This document shows, piece by piece, positions 23,469 to 34,800 of a DNA stretch of 35,053 nucleotides. Under the pieces are notes generated by a model. It saw only the letters and a program-made list of their open reading frames with translations, was not told the origin of the DNA and made no database searches. The DNA lies in assembly GCA_943354455.1 (NCBI GenBank), contig CALRCB010000002.1:1-35053 (forward strand). Reading direction: 5' to 3'. Each line of letters starts with the position of its first letter. Within the stretch, counting starts at the first letter, position 1. The position numbers were made by a program, and so were the translations under genes. Origin of the DNA: Candidatus Staskawiczbacteria bacterium (lineage in GTDB: Bacteria; Patescibacteriota; Minisyncoccia; Minisyncoccales; Staskawiczbacteraceae).

Positions 23469-24815
23469 CTATGGCAAGGGAGGCGGGGTGTCAGTAGGCG
23501 CAGTTGGAGTATCGGCAGTTGGAATATATTCATCCATTAAAATTTTACTGGCGTTATATAAAAGGACGTTATTGCCAGACGCAATTGAAAAAGTTTTTCC
23601 CGAGTATCGTAAATCTGGTTCGGTCAAACCCATATAATTTTTTGTCCCATCATCATTATTCTGAGGGGCAATTAAAAAATACCCTTGCGCCAATATGGTC
23701 CCCATAAAACTACTGGCACTCACCAGATTACTTTCGGATCCGCTAGTAGTTTTCTTTTTTAACGCAAAGCCGGCTAAATCCACATTGACCTCATTGGGAT
23801 TAAAAAGTTCCACAAATTCATCTTTAACGGTAACTCCCTCGGTTTGCACCTGGCTAATTAAGATATTTTCTATCGGAATTTCAATAACCGGTGGCGGGGC
23901 AACATACACCAAATTTTGAGCGGTAGGCGTTGGAATATTAATCTCAAAATCCACTAAATTATTATCGGCATCTACTTCATTATTGTCCACAAATTTTCGG
24001 CCAATGCTTTGGTCAGCTGGCGGATTTATCGCAGAAGCAATTTCAAAATCAGAAGCATTTCCAAAGCCCACCTTGTCTGAAATTTCTCCATTAGGATTTT
24101 TCAGTGCCAAAGAATTGTCATCGGTTAAAGCACTAGTAACAGTAATATTGCTGGCATAATTCGTACCATCCCGCGCAATTAAAAAGTACCCCTTGGCACT
24201 TATTTTTTTGCCAATAAACAAGGTACTGGAAGCAAATGATGAAAAACTATCAGCTGTTTTAGTTTTGCGTTGTAAATACCAGTCAGTTAAATCAATCTCT
24301 TGGTCATTTGGGTTGTAAAGTTCCACAAATTCCTGCTGAGCATCAGTTTCACCTGAAATTTGCACCTCAGAAATAAGAACTTTTAAATAACTTTGGCGTC
24401 CGCCACCCACGGTACTGGTACGATAAATTACTGGCGCAACAATAACTTCAACTTCTTCAACTTCTTCTTGGCTAACCAGAGCAATTTCTTCTTCTTGTAC
24501 CTTTTCTAAAGCTTGTAAATCTGCAATTTGACGTTGTAAGATATCAATTTTCTCTAAAATATCGTCAATTTGGTCTTGCTTAGAGTAAACAGCAACGCTG
24601 ACTACCACTTCTTCCTCCACCGGTAACTCTTCCGGCTCGGGCGTCGGCTCAACAATCTCTATCATTTTCGGCGCAGGTAAAACATCTTGTGCCAACGAGG
24701 CCGTAAATGCATTTTTATTTTTTAATAAATCGCTGGAAAAATTAACTGAAACAAACCCAAAAACCACGAGCCCCAGCACAAAAAACAAACCGAAAATAAT
24801 TTTCCGTGTTTTCAT
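23469..24815 (-). CDS. Membrane-anchored protein with two lamin-tail domains (LTD)
   Basis: N-terminal TM helix, an acidic coiled coil, then two LTD cores: VLISEVQISGETDAQQEFVELYNPNDQEIDLTDWYL and ILISQVQTEGVTVKDEFVELFNPNEVNVDLAGFAL. The tail is Pro/Thr-rich. Confidence 0.8.
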   Translation of the reverse strand: MKTRKIIFGLFFVLGLVVFGFVSVNFSSDLLKNKNAFTASLAQDVLPAPKMIEIVEPTPEPEELPVEEEVVVSVAVYSKQDQIDDILEKIDILQRQIADLQALEKVQEEEIALVSQEEVEEVEVIVAPVIYRTSTVGGGRQSYLKVLISEVQISGETDAQQEFVELYNPNDQEIDLTDWYLQRKTKTADSFSSFASSTLFIGKKISAKGYFLIARDGTNYASNITVTSALTDDNSLALKNPNGEISDKVGFGNASDFEIASAINPPADQSIGRKFVDNNEVDADNNLVDFEINIPTPTAQNLVYVAPPPVIEIPIENILISQVQTEGVTVKDEFVELFNPNEVNVDLAGFALKKKTTSGSESNLVSASSFMGTILAQGYFLIAPQNNDDGTKNYMGLTEPDLRYSGKTFSIASGNNVLLYNASKILMDEYIPTADTPTAPTDTPPPLP

Positions 24816-24842
24816 TTAATTCGGTAATTGTACAACAAAAAA

Positions 24843-24859
24843 CCACAGACAACCTGTGG
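24843..24859 (-). terminator. Rho-independent terminator after the tRNA-binding protein gene
   Basis: CCACAG-acaac-CTGTGG, followed on the minus strand by TTTTTTTG. Confidence 0.7.
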
Positions 24860-24867
24860 ATAACTTT

Positions 24868-25191
24868 TTACCTTAACATGCTTCCCTGTGGGACTTCTTT
24901 ATCAGGGTGCAGTAATACTGGTTTATCATCAACCATCACCGCCAACATCATTCCATTGCTTACCAACCCCTTCAGGGTGCGCGGTTCTAAATTTACAATT
25001 ACCGGCACTTGTTTGCCCACCAAAACCGCCGGGTCATAAAATTCGGCAATTCCGGATAAAATTTGCGTGGCTTCCGTGCCACCAAAATCAAACATTATTT
25101 TCAAAAGCTTGTCGGCTCTTTCCACTTTTTCGGCAGAAATAATCGTACCAATTTTTATCTCTAATTTTTTGAAATCGTCAATTGAAATCAT
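24868..25191 (-). CDS. tRNA-binding domain protein (CsaA/Trbp111/EMAP-II-like)
   Basis: DFKKLEIKIGTIISAEKVERADKLLKIMFDFGG... is the OB-fold tRNA-binding domain signature; 107 aa. Confidence 0.88.
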   Translation of the reverse strand: MISIDDFKKLEIKIGTIISAEKVERADKLLKIMFDFGGTEATQILSGIAEFYDPAVLVGKQVPVIVNLEPRTLKGLVSNGMMLAVMVDDKPVLLHPDKEVPQGSMLR

Positions 25192-25216
25192 GATTATTTT
25201 TTAATGTTATAAGCTA

Positions 25217-25245
25217 TCGACAAATCTCTAATATTCTGGTATACA
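25217..25245 (+). promoter_or_regulatory. Candidate promoter of the plus-strand orphan gene (TCGACA-17-TATACA)
   Basis: TCGACA at 25217-25222, a 17-nt spacer, and TATACA at 25240-25245. Confidence 0.45.
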
Positions 25246-25255
25246 GTAAATATCG

Positions 25256-25642
25256 TTGCACCTTTCATATTCTCTCTTTTGGGAGACTCCAGTGATCAGA
25301 AAACTTTTGAATTTCATTGGCGAGGTTACTGATCTACCGTGGGTACTGTGGATTTTCTGCCTTGGCAAATATTTCAGGATAAGGAAATATTTGCCAGAAG
25401 ACATTCTTGATGGGGATTTTTTCTTCAGAGTTCCAAGATTTGGAACCCCAAGAAAAATGAAAAACCTGTGTTGGCTTTGGGAATTGCATCTTGGACCAGC
25501 TCCCGTTAAAAGCTACAAAAGAGAGGAACACTACCACCGAGGTGAGTTCAAAATCGATTTTTGGACAGATCTCGAAGAGCTCACCACAGAAGAAGAAGCC
25601 TTTGAAGAGGCTGTAATAAAACTTTGCAAGTATGAAGACTAA
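25256..25642 (+). CDS. Hypothetical Trp/Phe-rich protein (orphan; opposite strand to all neighbours)
   Basis: 128-codon ORF from TTG 25256. GTG 25292, preceded by GGGAG (25281-25285, 6-nt gap), is the more convincing start. An acidic helical C-terminus (EELTTEEEAFEEAVIKL). Its own plus-strand terminator follows. I recognise no family. Confidence 0.55.
   Translation: MHLSYSLFWETPVIRKLLNFIGEVTDLPWVLWIFCLGKYFRIRKYLPEDILDGDFFFRVPRFGTPRKMKNLCWLWELHLGPAPVKSYKREEHYHRGEFKIDFWTDLEELTTEEEAFEEAVIKLCKYED
25363..25396 (+). repeat. Perfect 13-bp inverted repeat inside the orphan ORF
   Basis: TGGCAAATATTTC (25363-25375), an 8-nt loop, and GAAATATTTGCCA (25384-25396). Confidence 0.8.
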
Positions 25643-25661
25643 GTCTTCTCGCACACATGGA

Positions 25662-25687
25662 CCTGATGCCCAGCATCAGGTTTTTTT
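25662..25687 (+). terminator. Rho-independent terminator of the orphan gene (plus-strand polarity)
   Basis: CCTGATGC-cca-GCATCAGG followed by TTTTTTT. The T-run is on the plus strand only and overlaps the clpB stop codon. Confidence 0.75.
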
Positions 25688-28376
25688 ATTTCCTTGCCGA
25701 AACTTTTTCCTGCATAGCCACTTTTGGCAATAACGTTGGCAATTCAAACACAATCTGACCGTCTTTTTCATCAATTAATACCCGAGACCCTTCAGAAATT
25801 TCACTGGTCACAATTTTAATGGATAATGGATCCAAAATTAACCGCTGAATAACTCGTTTCAATGGCCTTGCCCCCAAATTTGCATCAAAACCTTCTTTTA
25901 GTAAAAATTCCTTGGCCTTTTCAGAAATTTTAATACTAATTTCTTTAGCTTTTAACCTCTTTTCCACTTTTGATAATTCCAAATCAACAATGGTTTTAAT
26001 TTCATCAGTTTTTAAGTAGTTAAAGATTACAACTTCATCAATTCTGTTTAAAAATTCTGGTCTGAATTGATCTTTCAACGAAGCCATTACCTTATCTTTC
26101 ATTGATTCGCGCTCGGCCAAATCCTGCTGACTTGAAAAACCAATGGCCGACATTTTATTAATAAAGTCCGATCCAATGTTAGAAGTCATAATAATAATGG
26201 TATTTTTAAAAGAAACCATTCTACCTTTTGAATCAGTAAGTCTTCCATCCTCAAAAATTTGCAACAAAATATTGAACACTTCCGGGTGGGCTTTTTCTAT
26301 TTCATCAAGTAAAATAATAGCATAAGGTCTTCGGCGTACTTTTTCTGTTAATTGGCCGGCTTCTTCATAGCCAACATATCCAGGAGGAGAGCCAATAATT
26401 TTTGAAACGGTGTGGCGCTCCATATATTCCGACATATCCAATCTTACTAAAGCCTTTTCGTCATTAAATAAAAATTCACCCAACGCCCGTGCCGTTTCGG
26501 TTTTTCCCACCCCTGTTGGGCCCAAAAATAAGAACGAACCAAGCGGCTTGTCTTCTTCTGAAATTCCAGCTCTAGCACGGCGAATTGCCCTTGAAATAGC
26601 TGAAATTGCCTCTTGTTGTCCTACTACCCTTCTATTTAGCGTGCCTTCCATTGTTTCCAGTTTTTTGGCTTCTTCGGCAATAAGTCTCATTACAGGAATT
26701 CCCGTCCATCGCGAAACAACCCTGGCCACATCTTCTTCGGTGACTTCTTCTTTCAAAAAGTGGTGGGTTTTTTGCAATTTTACCAATTTTTGCTCAACTT
26801 GTTTTTGCTCTTTTAATAATAGAGGAATTTTTCCGTATTTTATTTCCGCCACTTTTTCCAAATCCGCCTCGCGTTGGGCAATTTCAGTTTGACAGGACAA
26901 TTCGTCAATTTTCCTGCGAATGTCCTTAATTTTGTTAATTAATTCTTTTTCAGCGTCCCACTTTGCCCGCAAACCTTTGTTATTTTCTTTAATATTTGCT
27001 AATTCATTAGCAATGACTTTTAGCCTCTTTTCAGAATTTTTTTCTTTTTTTAATGCTTGTTTTTCAATTTCTAATTTAGTAATTTCTTCTTGAAATTTTT
27101 CCAATTCTTGCGGTTCAGACTCAATTTCTAGCCTTAGAGCAGACGCCGCTTCGTCCATTAAGTCCACTGCTTTGTCAGGTAAAAAACGGTCGGCAATGTA
27201 GCGACTTGATAATTCAACCGCCGCCTTAATAGCCGAATCTTTAATTCTGACTCCGTGGTGAACTTCGTATTTTTCTTTAATTCCCCGTAAAATGGCAATA
27301 GCATCTTCAATTGTTGGTTCTTGCACAAAAATCGGCTGAAAGCGTCGTTCCAGCGCAGAATCTTTTTCAATATATTTTTGGTATTCCTTTAACGTGGTTG
27401 CTCCAACCGTTTTTAATTCACCCCGAGCCAAAGCCGGTTTTAATAAATTTGAAGCATCAATAGCTCCCTCGGCCGCTCCCGCGCCCACCAAGGTATGCAA
27501 TTCATCAATAAATAAAATATATTTGCCTGATGACTTGGAAATTTCTTTTAATAATGCCTTTATTCTGGTTTCAAATTCACCGCGGTATTTTGTGCCGGCA
27601 ATAATAGCCCCTAAGTCCAGTGAAATCACCTCTTTATTCTTTAAAAATTGGGGCACATTCCCCCTGGCTATCCGTTGAGCTAATCCTTCCACAATGGCGG
27701 TTTTTCCCACCCCCGCTTCTCCAATTAATACGGGGTTGTTTTTTGTTCTGCGAGAAATAATTTGCATTAATCGGCGTATTTCATTGTCCCGACCCACAAT
27801 TGGGTCAATTTTACCGGAAACAGCCAAATCGGTTAAGTTCCTGGTATACTTTTCAATCACCTGATACTTTGATTCTGGCTCAGGGTCGGTAATTCTTTGG
27901 CCTCCGCGGATTTGAGATAAAATTCGCAATACGGTATCAAAATTTAACTTTGCGCTTGGCGAATCGCCAGACAAAGTAACTTTGTCTAAAATATCCCGGG
28001 CGGTTGATTTAGTGTCTAGTAATGCCAAAAACAAGTGTTCAACTGAGATAAATTCATCTTGCATATTGACTGATTCGTTCCTAGCCCTGTCTAACACCTT
28101 TGCCATATCTTGAGTTAAATAAAATTGCCCAAAAGCCGTTGGTGCTACCAAAGTTGAAATTTTTCCAATAGCCGTGTCAATTTTCTTTTTCAAAGCGTCA
28201 ATATCAGCTCCCAGTTTTTGCAAAACTGTCAGTACAATTGACCCTTCTTGCGATAATAAGGCATATAGCAAATGCAGGGCATCAATTTGTTGTTGCCCCT
28301 TTTCTTGCGCAATCATTTGAGCCGATAATATGGCATCCTGCGCTTTATTAGTAAAATTTGCTCCACCTTGATTCAT
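25686..28376 (-). CDS. clpB: ATP-dependent chaperone ClpB
   Basis: Clp_N repeats and two AAA+ modules ([18 protein letters not shown]; [14 protein letters not shown]). A long coiled-coil M-domain between them marks ClpB rather than ClpA/C. The ORF opens at GTG 28391, but ATG 28376 ([13 protein letters not shown]...) fits ClpB N-termini better. Confidence 0.95.
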   Translation of the reverse strand: MNQGGANFTNKAQDAILSAQMIAQEKGQQQIDALHLLYALLSQEGSIVLTVLQKLGADIDALKKKIDTAIGKISTLVAPTAFGQFYLTQDMAKVLDRARNESVNMQDEFISVEHLFLALLDTKSTARDILDKVTLSGDSPSAKLNFDTVLRILSQIRGGQRITDPEPESKYQVIEKYTRNLTDLAVSGKIDPIVGRDNEIRRLMQIISRRTKNNPVLIGEAGVGKTAIVEGLAQRIARGNVPQFLKNKEVISLDLGAIIAGTKYRGEFETRIKALLKEISKSSGKYILFIDELHTLVGAGAAEGAIDASNLLKPALARGELKTVGATTLKEYQKYIEKDSALERRFQPIFVQEPTIEDAIAILRGIKEKYEVHHGVRIKDSAIKAAVELSSRYIADRFLPDKAVDLMDEAASALRLEIESEPQELEKFQEEITKLEIEKQALKKEKNSEKRLKVIANELANIKENNKGLRAKWDAEKELINKIKDIRRKIDELSCQTEIAQREADLEKVAEIKYGKIPLLLKEQKQVEQKLVKLQKTHHFLKEEVTEEDVARVVSRWTGIPVMRLIAEEAKKLETMEGTLNRRVVGQQEAISAISRAIRRARAGISEEDKPLGSFLFLGPTGVGKTETARALGEFLFNDEKALVRLDMSEYMERHTVSKIIGSPPGYVGYEEAGQLTEKVRRRPYAIILLDEIEKAHPEVFNILLQIFEDGRLTDSKGRMVSFKNTIIIMTSNIGSDFINKMSAIGFSSQQDLAERESMKDKVMASLKDQFRPEFLNRIDEVVIFNYLKTDEIKTIVDLELSKVEKRLKAKEISIKISEKAKEFLLKEGFDANLGARPLKRVIQRLILDPLSIKIVTSEISEGSRVLIDEKDGQIVFELPTLLPKVAMQEKVSARK

Positions 28377-28412
28377 ATGGATATATGGCACCTATTATTA
28401 AATTATGGGTTC

Positions 28413-28441
28413 ATATTAGCGTAAAATACCCCAAAAATCAA
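28413..28441 (-). promoter_or_regulatory. Candidate clpB promoter (TTGATT-17-TAATAT)
   Basis: On the minus strand TTGATT lies at 28441..28436, followed by a 17-nt spacer and TAATAT at 28418..28413. I saw no CIRCE- or HAIR-like operator. Confidence 0.55.
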
Positions 28442-28465
28442 ATTAGTGCATCGGATCATTCAATT

Positions 28466-28822
28466 TTACAAAACTTTTTTTACTAATAAATTCAATAATT
28501 GCTTGGCTTCAAAGCTGGCTGTTTGATTATCGATGGAATTGGAGAACAATCTCCACTGATTTAAAATATCTTTATCATTTAAATCCCTTAACTGGGTTTC
28601 CAAATTTAACCTTGTCTCAAAATTAACCTCTTGGTCAGACATCAACACTTTTTCTATGAATAAATTTGTGAATACCATAACTTTGGCATTTTGCTGTTGA
28701 GTTTGGTTATCTTGCTTGATTACGTTAGCGCTATTGAATATCGAAAGCATCAAAAATACATTACCTAAGAATAAAACTATGAAAAGGATGGTAAAAATAA
28801 ATTTTTTATTTAAAGATATCAT
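28466..28822 (-). CDS. Small N-terminally anchored hypothetical protein
   Basis: 118 aa with one N-terminal TM helix and a Gln/Asn-rich helical ectodomain. It lies 17 nt downstream of the giant surface protein gene. Confidence 0.6.
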   Translation of the reverse strand: MISLNKKFIFTILFIVLFLGNVFLMLSIFNSANVIKQDNQTQQQNAKVMVFTNLFIEKVLMSDQEVNFETRLNLETQLRDLNDKDILNQWRLFSNSIDNQTASFEAKQLLNLLVKKVL

Positions 28823-28839
28823 GAATGAATTAAATTTAA

Positions 28840-31800
28840 TTATTGATTATTCTGCCTTCTCTTAATAATTTTATGAACTTGGTAAGCAATATACAAAAAT
28901 ATGGCAAACAAACAAGAAAGTAATATCACAATCCCAGCATTAATGTTTACCCACCCAGGCACCCATGTGTCTTTATTTAGCTCAATATCAATGTACACCC
29001 CTGGACTTCCCCTTTCTATAGTGAATTTATCGCCAGTGTATTTTTTATAGTTTTTGGCGGTGACTTCCAAATAATAAGTTCCTTTTGGAGCCAAGAAAGA
29101 GTATTTACCAGTGTCATTGGTTTTTTGAGGGTTATTTTGGAGATATTTGTCGGCTGGCCAGAGTTGGTAATTATTGGTCTCTGTATTTAACCACCACAGT
29201 TGGACGGTGGCGCCGTTAATTATTAATTTGCCTTCGGGCAATTGAGTGTACACATAGCCTTCCGGATCCAATACGGTCTGCAGTCTGATTTCTTTAGGGG
29301 CGAGCTTTTTATCTCGGTAATCCATCACCGTGATGATTTCGTAGATACCTTCTACGCTTTGGGCATTAATCTTGGCGACGTAAAAATTTTTTTTGTCTAG
29401 TTGGTATTCAAACTTTTGGATCAAGAGGGCAGTTTGAGCAGGGGATTGTTCTGAAGCCTTGGCGTCGGTACCGGTCAAGGCAGCGGTGAAATATTCTAAT
29501 AATCTGGCTAGTCCAATGTTGTTTTCTTTTAAGTATTGAATGGCGGAAGTTTTTTTCCTTAACACCAAGTAGCCGGTAATACTGTCCACTGGCAATTTCG
29601 GTTTCACGATTAAGTCAAATGGCTTGTTGGCAATTAATTTTATCTTTTGAGTGGCTTTACCTTGACTATCAAAAGTCAAGTTAGTGCTAATGTCAATTAA
29701 TTGTCCGCCAGTTTTAACAAACACAATATCTGTCGGTACCTTTTTAGCTAATTCAACATCTAATTGGGCTAATGGAATTACCCGTAAAGATCCAGGCCCT
29801 GATTCAAAATCGGGAGTTAATAAAGATGATTCAGTAAAGCCTGGCAAGTTAAAATTAATGTCAGCGATTTTTTTAGCTTCGGGCGAATCCTTTTTAAGAT
29901 CGGCGTGTTTGTCGATTCCCACATCTTGCAGAAATTTATTGAACGAAGGGAACTTTTGGGAAAAAAACACAATATCTGAAGGAACAGAAGAAACGTCTAG
30001 CTCACCAATTAATTTGGTTGTTAATAAATCCCAGCCTTTAAACGCTTCTGGAGTTTTCTCTGGAATTTTAACCGGCACCGGCGGTTTTGGGATAAAAATA
30101 TTTATGATTTCATCTATCACCTGTCCAAAAAAACTTGGGCCATAAGTAATATTCGCCAAAAACACATCTGATGCTATTCCATTAGAGGTAAACAGTTTTA
30201 CATATACGGTTTTAGATCCATAGCCATCGGTTAGTTTCCAAGGTTTGGTTGATTGGTAGGTTTCTTGTCCAACATTAGAAAAATTTAAATAATTAGAAAT
30301 AGACATATTCTTAACATTGTCTCCTATCCCACTAATGGTTAACACAACATTTTGGTTGGTAGTGTTTGGTTTTCCATTATTTATCAATACCATAAAATTC
30401 CCCCTGGGCTTATCAAAGATTCCTGGAGAAATTCCACCGCCACTAGAAGCGGCAGATGTAGTAAAGCTTGAAGATCGCGGGTTAGAAGCAGACTCAAAGC
30501 TATGATTATCTATTATGTATGCATAATAATCATGTGATCCAACGGTATCTGAAGATAAAACCGTGTAACTGCAAGATGGGTTAGATGCGCTAGCCGAAGA
30601 AATACACCATTGACCTCCCGCCCCACATGTACCAGATGCGAAATCATTTGATTTGCAAACATATAAAGTGACTGTATCTGCAACACTATCCGTGTCTGAA
30701 TCAGAGGCGGTAGAAGTAAATGTAACCAAGCTTCCTACAGCAATAGACCCAGAAGTATTGGAAATCGTACTAAAACTTGGAGTGTGATTTACTTCAAATG
30801 GCGACCCATTGCTAGACAACCCTTGGCTAGACGAAGAACATAATGAAGATGTAGCATGATCACATGCGAATCCATACCAGGCATTTGTTTCTGAATCACC
30901 CACTAAGGCAGAGTAAGATACTGAAGCCTGACTACCGGAAGCGGTAGAAGAAGAAATTGCCCAATTGCCTCCAGTACATGTTGGAACAGCACTATTGTTA
31001 GCAGAAATGGCATTGGTTTTACAGATGGCAAGATAAAAATTATCTGATTGCGCGTCGGTGGCAGTAGCGGTAAAAGTAATATTGCTACCCACATTTACGG
31101 GACTATTAAGAGCGCCTCCATCAGAAGGGATAGCCGAAAATGAAGGAGCTACATTAAAAGTCCAGTTCGTATTATTGCCTCCATTAGTATTAGTGCCATT
31201 ACTAGCAACAATAGTGGCTCCTCCTGATGCGTCGGAATATGAAGGAGTTATATAAGAAATTGATTGGGTGACACCGGTACTGTTAACCGTTAGAAGCCAC
31301 GTGGTAGTAGCTGTTTTTGGTGAAATGGTTAATAATTGGCCTGAAGCACCGGTAAAGGTCAGCGATCCATTAGTTTTAATAGTCTGGGTTTTACTTGATT
31401 CAAATTTTACGGTACGGGCAGATGAAGCTGTTACCGCCAAACCATACCAAGTATTATTATCATTAATATCTTGGGTGCCAGAACCAGAGAAAGTAACCAT
31501 ACCAGATTGCGAAGCAAATGTACCGCCATTTGTCCAATCGCCTCCAACGGAAATACCATAATTGGTACCAGAAACATCCAGTGTGCCGACAGTAATAGTA
31601 ACATCATCACCAACAGTAAGAGTAGCTCCCAGCGTGGTAGTGCCAGCGTGGTTGATTGCAATACTATTGAAAGTTTCGTTGGCGTTGATGGTACCTCCTG
31701 CCACATCAAAGGTGACTGTGCCGGCTCTCTCGGTGAAAGTTCCAGCCCCGGTGTCTGTCCAAGACTTGGCGGTGATGGCGTAGTTGCTTGCACTTACATC

Positions 31801-34800
31801 TAAAGCACCTCCTGTAATTGTTAGTGTGTCATCAAGGTCTAGTGCGGCTCCGAGCGTGGTAGTAGTACCTGCATTGTTAATCGTTACGTTTTCAAAAGTT
31901 TCATTGGATTCTACCGTTCCGCCAACTCCTCCATTAGCAATAAATGTAACGGTACCAGATCGTTCGGTAAATGTTCCGGCACCCGTGTCAGACCAACTCT
32001 TAGCGCTAATGCCAAAACTAGAACCCCCAACATCCAAAGTACCGGCGGTTAAGGTGAGCGTTCCCCGAACTTCTAAAGTATCTTGCAAAGTATAAGTGCC
32101 TCCGGATCCGTTAATGGTAAGATCATAAAATACCGAACCCCCAGAAGTTATAGTAGCGCTCCCCGATGTACTAGTTAATGTTAAGGTGTTTTGCTGCAAA
32201 TCAAACGAAGCTCCATTATACCAGTTACCTCCAACTGCTAAAGGCCGGCCACCTGAGATGTCGGTACCTAAAGATGCATCCGATGCAATGGTCACATTTC
32301 CCGTAACCGTTAGACTGGAAGCTATCGTAAGTGAGGCACTACCAGTTACCTGTAAATTTCCGGTGATAGAAGTTAACGCAAACCCCGAAGTTGCGGCAGA
32401 GTTTGAAAGAGTAACATCATGAGCCGTAGTAATGCCGGTAAAAGTTTTGGTCCCAACAGCCGAAACGGCTAAGTCATAATAGGTGTGAGCCGTACCGCCA
32501 TTAGGATCTTTGATCGTAACCGTACCTCCTGAATAAGTTACAGTATTAGTGGAGGTGGAGGCGCTAAAAGTTCCGGCGCCGGCAAACGGAGTATTGGACG
32601 AAAGAGTCAGCGAAGAACCATTGCCCTGTGCCCAGTTACCAGTAAGAGTTATGGTACCAAGTGCTTGAACCACGCCACCGGTATAATTATTAGTAGTGGT
32701 TCCGCTGGAAATGGCCAGTGTGCCATTAAATAAAATCCCTCCAGTGCCCGACCCTCCCAAGTTGCCCACCAAACTAACTGCACCACCACTTGCGTATATG
32801 GTATTAGCACTATTTTGAGTAATTCCGGCACTATAGACAACGGTCGGACTTAAATCATCCATATTCAACGTCCCTCCACTATTTACGGTGACCGCTCCGG
32901 TGAAAGTTTTGGTTCCAGTGGCGGAAGTAGCAGTGCTGATGGTTCCGGTTACCGAAGTGGCTCCGGTGACGGTGAACGCAAAACCTACCATACTCAAAGT
33001 TCCGGCGGTGATGGTTAAATTATTTCCTACGGTGGTAGCATCTTGGGGAGTGTAAGTTCCGCCTGATCCGTTGATGGTTAAATTGTATAATGACGAACCG
33101 TTAGTTTTTAAGGTTGCGCTCGATGAAGTAGACGTTAAGGTAAGAGTAGAAGAACCGTGGGTAAACGTTCCATTGTTAGCAAAATTTCCACCAACGCTAA
33201 CCGGGTTAGCCGGAGCAAAAGTATGACTAGATGGAATGTATAAATGTTTTCCGGCAACGGTGGTAATAGTGGTGGTGCCGGTATAAATGGCATCAATATC
33301 AGTGTCGCCGTTATTGTTTGCCGTATTTATGTTGGCGTTACTTAATGAACAGGAATTATCACACCGAGTAATTAAATAATTTTGAAATAAATTAACTCCG
33401 GTTTGGTTGGCGCCGGTGGCGACGGTAACGGTGACTGCTTTTTGGGTGGCTCCGTCAAGGTATAATGTTAATACATCACCAGCTGAAATAGTAAGGCTGG
33501 CAATACTGTACACTCCCGACCCGTTACTGGTAGCAGTGCCTGCAGCGGCAGCCCCGTTAATGCTAATGGCAATACTGACGCTTGCTAGCGCCGTAGTCCC
33601 CTCGTCTGAATAAACCGTTCCACCAATTGAAACCGTGGAAGCAAACCAACCGGTGGTATTACCCGAATCCGTAGTATTTGCTGGATTAAGCGGAAGGGTG
33701 ATTCCGGTTGAACTATCAGTAACCGTATTGTAACTAACCGCTAAAAATCCAGTACTTGAGAAAGTAGAAGAGCCAGTAAAAGCAATGGTGGCTACGCTGG
33801 TGGTAGAAGCTGCAATCACCAGATTATCATTGGCGTCTAGACCGTCAAGGGTGAGGCTATTAGTAATCGTTGTGGTAGTACCGGAAGTAAAAGTTAAGGT
33901 TTTATTAGTTGAATCGTTAGTCGTTTCTTGTTTGATTAAATTGTAAAAGCTGGTAGTTCCTGAAAGTGTTTGATTTACTCCATTGAGGGTAACCGTACCG
34001 CTTCGGGCGGTAAAGGTTCCTAAATTAGACCAGTTACCTGCAACCGACAATGAATAGTTAGTTGCACTCACATCTAAGGTTGTACCTGAACCGATATCAT
34101 TTTTTCCAGTAACCGCCAAATTAGCACCCAGAGTCATAGTAGCTGTATTAGTTAAAGATATATTTCCACCGACGGTATTTAACACAAGACCCGAAGTTGA
34201 AGCGGAACCTGACATCGTAAAATCATTAGTGGTAGTAATACCAGTCATTGTTTTAGCTCCGCTACCCGACAAACCTAAATTAGAATATGCGTGAATAGTT
34301 CCACCATTGGGATCTTTAACAGTTTGAGTTCCCGATCTCGTATAATTTACGGTATTGGTAGCGGTAGAAGCACTAAAGGTTCCCGCGCCGGCAAAAGGAG
34401 TGGCGCTAGAAAGCGATAACGATGATCCATTGCCCTGCGCCCAATTACCGGTAAGAGTCAATGTACCGGCTACGGTGATGGTGCCTCCAGTGTAACTGTT
34501 AGTTGTTGTTCCACTAGAAACCGTCATCGCACCTCCCCAGATAATTCCTCCAGTCCCCGAGCCCGCTAGATTTCCTATTAAGTCGCTGGAACCGGCACCA
34601 AGGTTAGCAATGGTTGAACTATTTTGAGTAATACCCGCCCCAAAAACAAGTGCAGGGGAATTGCCGGCCATATAAAAGTTACCCCCCGAGTTTACCGTAA
34701 CCGCTCCTTGAAATGTGTTTACTCCGCCCAAATTACCGGTGTCCGTGCTAAGGGTGCCGGAAATTGAAGTAGTGCCGGCAAATGTAATAGCCGGCGAATC

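Noticed and set aside
26143-27678. Antisense or alternative-frame ORFs within clpB (for example 26410..26892, 160 aa)
   Set aside because: They are wholly contained in a highly conserved clpB reading frame, with no motif content.
28392-28465. Heat-shock operator (CIRCE or HAIR) upstream of clpB
   Set aside because: No TTAGCACTC-N9-GAGTGCTAA-like or CTTGAGT-N7-ACTCAAG-like inverted repeat is visible. Only a sigma-70-type promoter was found.
29684-33613. Many plus- and minus-strand alternative-frame ORFs (62-153 aa) overlapping the giant surface protein gene
   Set aside because: The explanation is the same: repetitive, compositionally biased coding sequence keeps alternative frames open. None has a recognisable motif or independent expression signals.
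32107-34716. Repeated blocks in the giant gene considered as a diversity-generating retroelement template/variable repeat pair
   Set aside because: No reverse transcriptase gene is in the window. The copies are diverged at all base types rather than only at adenines. Both copies are in-frame parts of the same protein rather than a non-coding template.
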